Shown: positions 59,600 to 64,000 of the stretch, piece after piece | Layout of the letters: each line of letters opens with the position of its first letter | Numbering within the stretch: position 1 is the stretch's first letter | Assembly (NCBI GenBank): GCA_000320545.1 | Contig: ADNK01000266.1 | Span: forward strand, 1-64,000 | DNA length: 64,000 bases | Origin: Bigelowiella natans CCMP2755 | Taxonomy: Eukaryota; Protista; Cercozoa | Direction: 5' to 3' | Position numbers and translations under genes: made by a program | Notes under the pieces: generated by a model | The model's database searches: none | What the model was told of the DNA's origin: nothing | Seen by the model: the letters and a program-made list of their open reading frames with translations, nothing else

Positions 59600-60600
59600 A
59601 CCGTCTTTAGATATGTAAAGGATAAAAAAAATTGTGAAAATTAGTGATTTAATTCAATGGCAATATTTGCATTGTTTACTTGCTTTCGGATATCCCAGCG
59701 TACTTTTGGCAACCTTTTTATTTACCACAGCATCGCTAGCTTACCTGATGGACACCGCAATGCACATGGGGCGACGCATGCATGAGCCCGCCGAGCATGC
59801 GTCTATGTCTAGACATCTGTGTTTATGTGAACGCGTCGAAATGAGCTCTAGAGCTGTCACTCACTCTACTACTAGTCTAACTACCTCTAGACCTAGTGGC
59901 GTCGGGGGTGTCATGTCATGTTGCCAAAGGATGCAGCAGCCATGCCAGCAGCGCTGTCAATTTGTCACAAATTCCAGAAGCGTGCGCTACGATACATCGT
60001 AATCGAAACCAATCATGCGTGCCAGCGTGTCACATTAACTGAAGCCAGCAATGCTAGAATGCACGAAGGTGCGAGGCTAGCGAGGTCTTGAAGACACAAA
60101 ACGCTGACCGAAAGCAGGCAACAGCCAAACGAGGAGTGGGTCCAAGTGGGGAATGAACACACGAAGGCGAGAAAGCGACCGAAGCCAAGCGCATGCTGAA
60201 ATCACTTTGCCATGGAGCAGCGTTGGGACTTAGTGAACGTGTGGAACAACAATCTGGCAGCTCCCATGCGGGTGCGAAAGTGGACAAGGCTTGGAGGGGT
60301 TTTCTCAGAAAAGCTGATCCTCAATTTGATCGGGCTAGCTAGCTAGCTAGCTAGTGGGGCCATCAACCCTGCAACCGCCTCCACATTAGACCTTCGTCCC
60401 AAGTGCACTGATGATTGGTCTCGTGTAGACCTGGACTTGCAGGCAGAGGCATCGAAGATCGAAGATGAGATCAGGGCGAGTCAAGCTAGCAAGTCCACAC
60501 CAGCTAGCCAGCGCTCCAACGCTTCTCATCTGACTCCTCTGATGCTACGTTAAGGCTGCTCTGCATCTTGTTCATTGAATCTTATTCAGATGATGAGTTT
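59600..60600. repeat. Palindrome-rich intergenic block I
   Basis: (CTAG)5 at 60335-60354, AATGCTAGAATGCA at 60050, CTCTAGAG and CTAGT words near 59860-59900. Downstream of the ankyrin gene. Confidence 0.7.
60061..60553 (+). pseudogene. Possible decayed reading frame interrupted by one TGA and a (CTAG)5 run
   Basis: Frame is open 60061-60153 and 60157-60336. It resumes at 60353 and runs to TAA 60551-60553 if four of the five CTAG units are removed. No family recognised. Confidence 0.35.
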
Positions 60601-61001
60601 ACGTGTTCGCCATCCTTTGTGTATGTGCTTGACAAACAAATGTTTCAGGGGGGTGGTCGCTCGCGTGGATCGGGATCCGCCTGAGAAGTGTGTCGCAGGC
60701 TCCGAATATTCGTCTGTTTGCTAGACGTCGTCCAGGTAATGCATGTCGCGAGGACAAATGAACAATTCATCGCCTTTCTTTCTATCTATGGAAAAAGCAT
60801 TGTTCATATGAATTTCCATGGCAGTCAATCCAAAAACGACTTACGACTTGAAGAGAGCGCTAAATGATGTTGTCGCTATACACAAACGCCCTTTGATACC
60901 AAGGGTAGCTCAGGTTTGTGGTGGTAGTGACGTCTCTCGAGGCTCCCACTCATCTCAGTGACCAAGAAGAGAAGAAGCCATAGCTCCGACCAGCCACGTC
61001 G

Positions 61002-62162
61002 ATGATGGTGTTCACCCGTGTTCGATCTGGTCAAGGTATATTTCGTATACCAGCCCGCGACACTGATCATTAAATCCACTTATTTCTCAAAATGTTGAAA
61101 CAGCATTTGCCGTCCTGCTTCTTTCGGCTGCTACAGTGAGCTTCGGAATGCTGGTAGTAATCGCATGCAAATGACCTAGGCACCATGGGTGACTTTCCGT
61201 CGCTGAGAGAAACTGGGTGTAATGTATTACCAAAATTCAGCGAATATGTGGGGAAAAGGGAGCTCTAGCTACTCCGATGACTGCGAAGTTGCCGTCTATC
61301 TCTAATCCACGAGGAGCCGGCTACTCTCGTGCGTACAAGCGGTTTCCATTCAAGTGGAATATGATGAAGCGCCCAAATTCTCTCTATAGTACTGGTAAGT
61401 AGATATGATGGTAATGGTCAGATAGACAGGATTATCACTCGTTTAGAAGTTCTCACGTCTTACTCCTTAGAATGATTCTCGAACAACTCAAGACACACAT
61501 GCACGATACTGAATACGTGCGAGTGCATGAATAGACATCCGCATTGTCTACCATTCTGAGAACGGACGTAAGCCCTTAAGAGTCACTGCTCTTTTACGAA
61601 GTAGGCACTGTCGGCCGACACCAGCAAGTGGCTGCTGCGAGCAGCGGCGAGGTTCTCAACTATGAAACTGATACAAAGGGACGCACAAGATTGGCCTTTA
61701 AGGAGGAAGGCTGGAATACATGGAATTGGAATGGGAACAAAATTAACTACATTGAGGTGAACAAAGAACGCATAAAAAAATGATAAAACAAGTACTGGTA
61801 GCGATGTCATCAGAGATTATTTCAATGTGCGACCTTCTAACTCGTGTTGTAGCGATTATTACCGGTATTTTACGTTACAGCCTTCTTCGTTGATTACAAC
61901 GCCATAGCAGCAGTAGCAGGAGTAGTAATAGGAGTAGTAGATATTGTTGTTGTTGCTGCTGCTGCTGTTATTTAGTTGTGGCGATCGTCATGGTCTGTAA
62001 ATCTGCCTGAATACGGCCCATGTTTTTGTAATGAAAGAGCGGAGAAAGTGGCACCCCGATTCTGCTTGTGCATGGTTTTGGAGCTCACGCATATCACTGG
62101 CGGTACTATCAATTAGTCGCAGTAGTAGGAATAGGAGCAGTAGTAGTGATGATGATGATAAT

Positions 62163-62200
<38 letters not shown>

Positions 62201-62697
62201 TGTGTACCTGGGTGTGTTTTGGCAATTGTTATGAGTTTTATGTGGTTGTGATTGTACTTCGTGTCTACGATTCTGAAGATACCAAATCCCAGAGCTCAGC
62301 AAGAAGCACAGGTCTCTCCGCTACTCATCGACGATGTGTATATATCCTACGAATCATCCATATTTGTTGCAAGATCGTTCCTTTTGTCATCTCCTACCCA
62401 TCTGATTGTTCTTTTCAGTCATTCTTCGTCGTCCCCTTAAATCTTACTGTACGTGATATTGGTATAGAGTGTATTCGCTGTGCCTGCTTGGATATGGCTG
62501 GTCGGATAAGTCGCCACATGCTCCATACTCTGCTGAATTCTGGGCATCTCAGGTTATGTGAATATTGATCGTTTGTAGTAGCTTGTGGTGGGGTCCGAAC
62601 TGGGTTATCAGTCATCAGCATTATGATCGTTAACATCATTATCAGCAGCATTATCATCACCACCATCATCATCATCTCACCATCATCATCATCTCAC

Positions 62698-62734
<37 letters not shown>

Positions 62735-64000
62735 GCAATCTCATCAAAATGACTACTGGCCTTCTTCAAACTGTATGCACGTAGTCCCCCTGTAATATAA
62801 TATACTGTTTCCTTCTCTAATAGGTGGCAGATTTCGTAAAAGATGTGATCCAAGAGAAGACTGTTTTAGTAGGGAATTCGATCGGTGAGAAGGAGTGGGG
62901 TTAGGGTTGGTTGGAAGAAAAGAGACAGAACAGGGTCGTACTAACGTGATTGGTACCAAATGAATACATAGTTGTCAGGATGGTTGATGACTGATAGAAA
63001 TTACGTATGCAACTCACCATCATCATTATCATTATCGTTGTGATTATTGCCAGGTGCTGTTACGAGTCTAGCCACCGCATCAATTTACCCCGGTCTTGTA
63101 AATACTAAGCAAGATTATCATCATCATCATCATCATCATCATCATTGTTATCGTCATCGTTGTTAGCATCTCATTATTCTCTGATTTTATCGTTTGACAG
63201 ATTTGGTTCAAGGTCTGGTCATGGTAAACGCAGCGGGAAGATTCGGTGATATGGGTGAGAAAAGCAATATTTGATGATTATGATATTCATGATGCAATAC
63301 TGCCAATTCTTGTTTGTTGTGACATTTTATATATGTACATATGTATACGACGTATAAATATGTATGTACTTTTTCCCTAACGAAGAATAAACAATATCAA
63401 AATATTTGGAACACGAATCGTCGCTTAAAGATGAATACTTCTTCCTCTTCTTCTTTCTTCTTCTTCTCTCGTTGTTGTGTTGTTGGGCCGTCATTTTTGT
63501 TGTCATATCCCTGGTAAGATGCTGATGTGACAGGAGAGCAAAAGCCTGCATCACCATCTTCTTCTTCCTCCCCTTCCATGACTACTACCGAGGAGAAAGA
63601 AGGTACTGTTTATCGCCAGGAATGGTTGTGGGGGTAGACAGGGAGGGGTGGGGGGTGTGAGAGAGAGAGATATATATTTATAGATGAGAGAGGTGGAAAT
63701 TGTTGTTGTTGCATATTAGACCAGGAGATTATTAGAGGGTTTGTATTGAGTTTCTGATCACCATATCTTTGTTTTGTGGGTGCTTCTCTTCTTCCTCCAT
63801 CAGGCAGTGGGGGGGTACTCGAATCAATCCAGGAGACATTCAAAGATATAATCGCAGCTGGAATCTTCTATTCAACAAGGTGTCGTATAGGCTCGCTCAG
63901 CAAAACAAGCAGTAAAAGAGATGTATTTACACTGCATGAGATAGCCCCCCCCCCGAACTCCTCCGTATCCTCTTCGTTATTATGTCTTTCCTCCTTTATT
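61002..64000 (+). CDS. Alpha/beta-hydrolase (pheophytinase-like group) with a putative signal plus transit leader; runs off the window
   Basis: Spliced GWNTWNWNGNKINYIE|SGESGTPILLVHGFGAHAYHWR|YQIPELSKKHR|VYSLCLLGYGWSDK...VIQEKTVLVGNSIG|GAVTSL...LVQGLVMVNAAG. Nucleophile elbow GNSIG at about 62872-62884. Leader MMVFTRVRSGQ|AFAVLLLSAATVSFGML. Confidence 0.87.

Noticed and set aside
60334-60354. 21-nt GC...AG segment as a nucleomorph-sized tiny intron
   Set aside because: Removing it leads to a stop within about 20 codons, it is pure (CTAG)n, and other introns in this window are over 30 nt and GT-AG.
2808-60600. Palindromic repeats as a CRISPR array or bacterial REP elements
   Set aside because: There is no constant-length repeat with unique spacers and no cas genes, and the context is spliceosomal-intron eukaryotic DNA.

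Overview
Gene-dense eukaryotic nuclear DNA with many short GT-AG introns and intronic microsatellites. It is probably from a protist; a chlorarachniophyte-like alga is a guess resting mainly on one signal-peptide plus transit-like leader. The window opens inside the 3' end of a Ty3/Gypsy LTR retrotransposon (end of RT, RNase H, integrase, polypurine tract, 326-bp 3' LTR). Its integrase carries an extra C-terminal domain resembling a degenerate Dam-like N6-adenine methyltransferase. About 15 protein genes follow: a hypothetical gene, UTP3/SAS10, a SAPS/PP6-regulatory protein, a DnaJ-thioredoxin protein, DPM1, a MYND-finger protein, a DH/RhoGEF protein, a claudin-like tetraspan, a PH-domain protein, a GST, a long coiled-coil gene, DNA polymerase epsilon (POLE), a coactosin-like ADF-H protein, a tail-anchored ankyrin protein and a truncated alpha/beta hydrolase. 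There is also one solitary 5S rRNA gene. The clearest non-gene pattern is nine 0.4-1.5 kb blocks rich in short palindromes ((CTAG)n, CATG, TGCA, CATGCTAGCATG). They lie downstream of 3' ends, mostly between convergent genes, and none was seen in the seven divergent promoter gaps. No CRISPR array or tRNA was seen. Exon boundaries and family assignments were made by eye from motifs, without database searches, so multi-exon gene coordinates are approximate.
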